NCBI RefSeq assembly: GCF_006345805.1 | Contig: NC_042997.1 | Span: forward strand, 32,116,001 to 32,180,000 | DNA length: 64,000 nucleotides | DNA from: Octopus sinensis | Lineage: Eukaryota | Reading direction: 5' to 3' | In this document: positions 62,633 to 64,000 of the stretch, one piece after another | Numbering within the stretch: the first letter of the stretch is position 1 | Layout: every line of letters begins with the position of its first letter | Program-made: the position numbers and the translations under genes | Notes under the pieces: model-generated | What the model was told of the DNA's origin: nothing | The model's database searches: none | Seen by the model: the letters and a program-made list of their open reading frames with translations, nothing else

Positions 62633-62945
62633 GAAAGCACATGGCTGAGTGGTTAGAGTGTTGGACTCACAATCATGAGGTAGTGAGTTCGATTCTTGGA
62701 CTGGGCTGTATGTATGAGAAATGCACTTTATTTCACATTGCTCCAGTTCACTCAGCTGTAGAAATGAGTTGCGATGTCACTGGTGCCAAGCTGTATCGGT
62801 CTTTGCCTTTCTCTTGAATAACATCAGTGGCATGGAGAAGAGGAGGCTGTTATGCATGGCAACTGCTGGTCTTCCATAAACAATCTTATCTGGACCTATG
62901 CCTTGGAGGGGACTTTCTAGGTGCAATCCTATGGTTATCATTTGC
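62633..62945 (+). mobile_element. tRNA-derived SINE (family C), diverged
   Basis: GCACATGGCTGAGTGGTTAGAG...GAGTTCGATTC head; CACTTTATTTCACATTGCTCCAGTTCACTCAGCTGTAGAAATGAG core shared with 21629-21963. Confidence 0.8.
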
Positions 62946-63509
62946 AATATCTTTATTACAACTTGTAGTAAGCATCTGTTGTAAAACAAAAAATACCCCA
63001 AAATGCAATAACCTAATTAGTACACTACATATAAACGAAAATAAAAGAGAATAAAATGATAGCAAAAGTAAATCTCCCAGCAACATTTTGAGATTTACAA
63101 GAATAAAGTTGGTAGAATACTTCATTTGATTAACAATTATTGTAATAAAATATATATATTTGGACTATAGACATTCCATGTGTTACTTATGTCATTTCAA
63201 TTTTGATGCATGTGTGTGTATGTAAGTGCGTGCATGTGTGTGCATGAATGTGCATGTGTGTAGGTTCTGCAGAACAAACAAGATAAATAGAAATTAGCAC
63301 ATAAGTATATATATATATATTAATTAGTAGAAGTTGCAAAGTGGCTTTAAGGGTTGTGAGTTTCTTGCCTGGCCCTTGATAAACTGCCATTTATGAAACT
63401 GTCAGCCCTTGAATCATTTTGTAACTTATGCCAATTAAAATAATAAAATATGTATGTATATATGTAAGTGTGTATATAAATCTTTCTAACAGTGTTCTAC
63501 TATGTTTAA

Positions 63510-63890
63510 CTCTTTAGCATTTAATCTAGCCATATCTGGCCCAAATATTCAACCAGTTTCATGTTCAAACAGGCCAGATCTGGACTCTTATGCTTATCCT
63601 ACAATGTCATTCTAAAAATAAACAATCACATCATCAAAATCTTGAGGCTCCATTACAATACACAATAAGGCATGTAAAAAGCACCCACTACACTCATGGA
63701 GTGGTTGGCATTAGGAAGGGCATCCAGCTGTAGAAACACTGCCAGATCAGACTGGAGCCTGGTGCAGCCTCCTGGCTTCCCAGACCCCCAGTCGAACCGT
63801 CCGACCCATGCTAGCATGGAAAACGGACGTTAAACGATGATGATGATGATGAATCATTGCATTTGACACAGTAATCAGAATGCTAAAGTG
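63510..63890. mobile_element. piggyBac-like MITE with an RTE tail (63668-63851) nested inside
   Basis: TTAA at 63506-63509 and 63891-63894; TIR CTCTTTAGCATT / AATGCTAAAGTG. A matching right end also occurs at ~1581-1619. Confidence 0.7.
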
Positions 63891-64000
63891 TTAAGATTAC
63901 AATTAGGTCTCCTTTTTATCTGATGATTAAAGTTGTTGAAAGCATAACAGTCAAACACATGACAAGCAGGACAAATTATTGTAGATAATTTCCGAAGAAA

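Overview
AT-rich, repeat-dense animal genomic DNA. It is not prokaryotic: no operons, rRNA, true tRNA genes or CRISPR arrays were found. The mix of tRNA-headed SINEs, RTE LINE tails ending in (GAT)n, very dense TA/CA microsatellites and a decayed C2H2 zinc-finger array points to a coleoid cephalopod, probably Octopus (inference). One host gene is well supported: a 2.3-kb coding exon (32761-35081, + strand) encoding a long disordered segment rich in PxxP and Tyr motifs. It has a CpG-rich, repeat-free upstream region and is followed by a long intron. The rest is nested transposable elements: two mariners, a Chapaev3-like CMC element with TTA target duplications, piggyBac-like and hAT-like MITEs, a small Helitron, RTE, CR1-like and Gypsy remnants, Penelope-like (PLE) remnants and several SINE families. 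Most short ORFs in the ORF track are microsatellite or SINE artefacts. The most notable hidden signal is a set of minimal type-I hammerhead ribozyme motifs in PLE-like repeats. One is canonical (44991-45072) and one carries a compensatory U3-A8 core variant inside a 276-bp fold-back hairpin (4839-5114). Also notable is a duplicated EPIHA motif in the host protein that appears to be under purifying selection.
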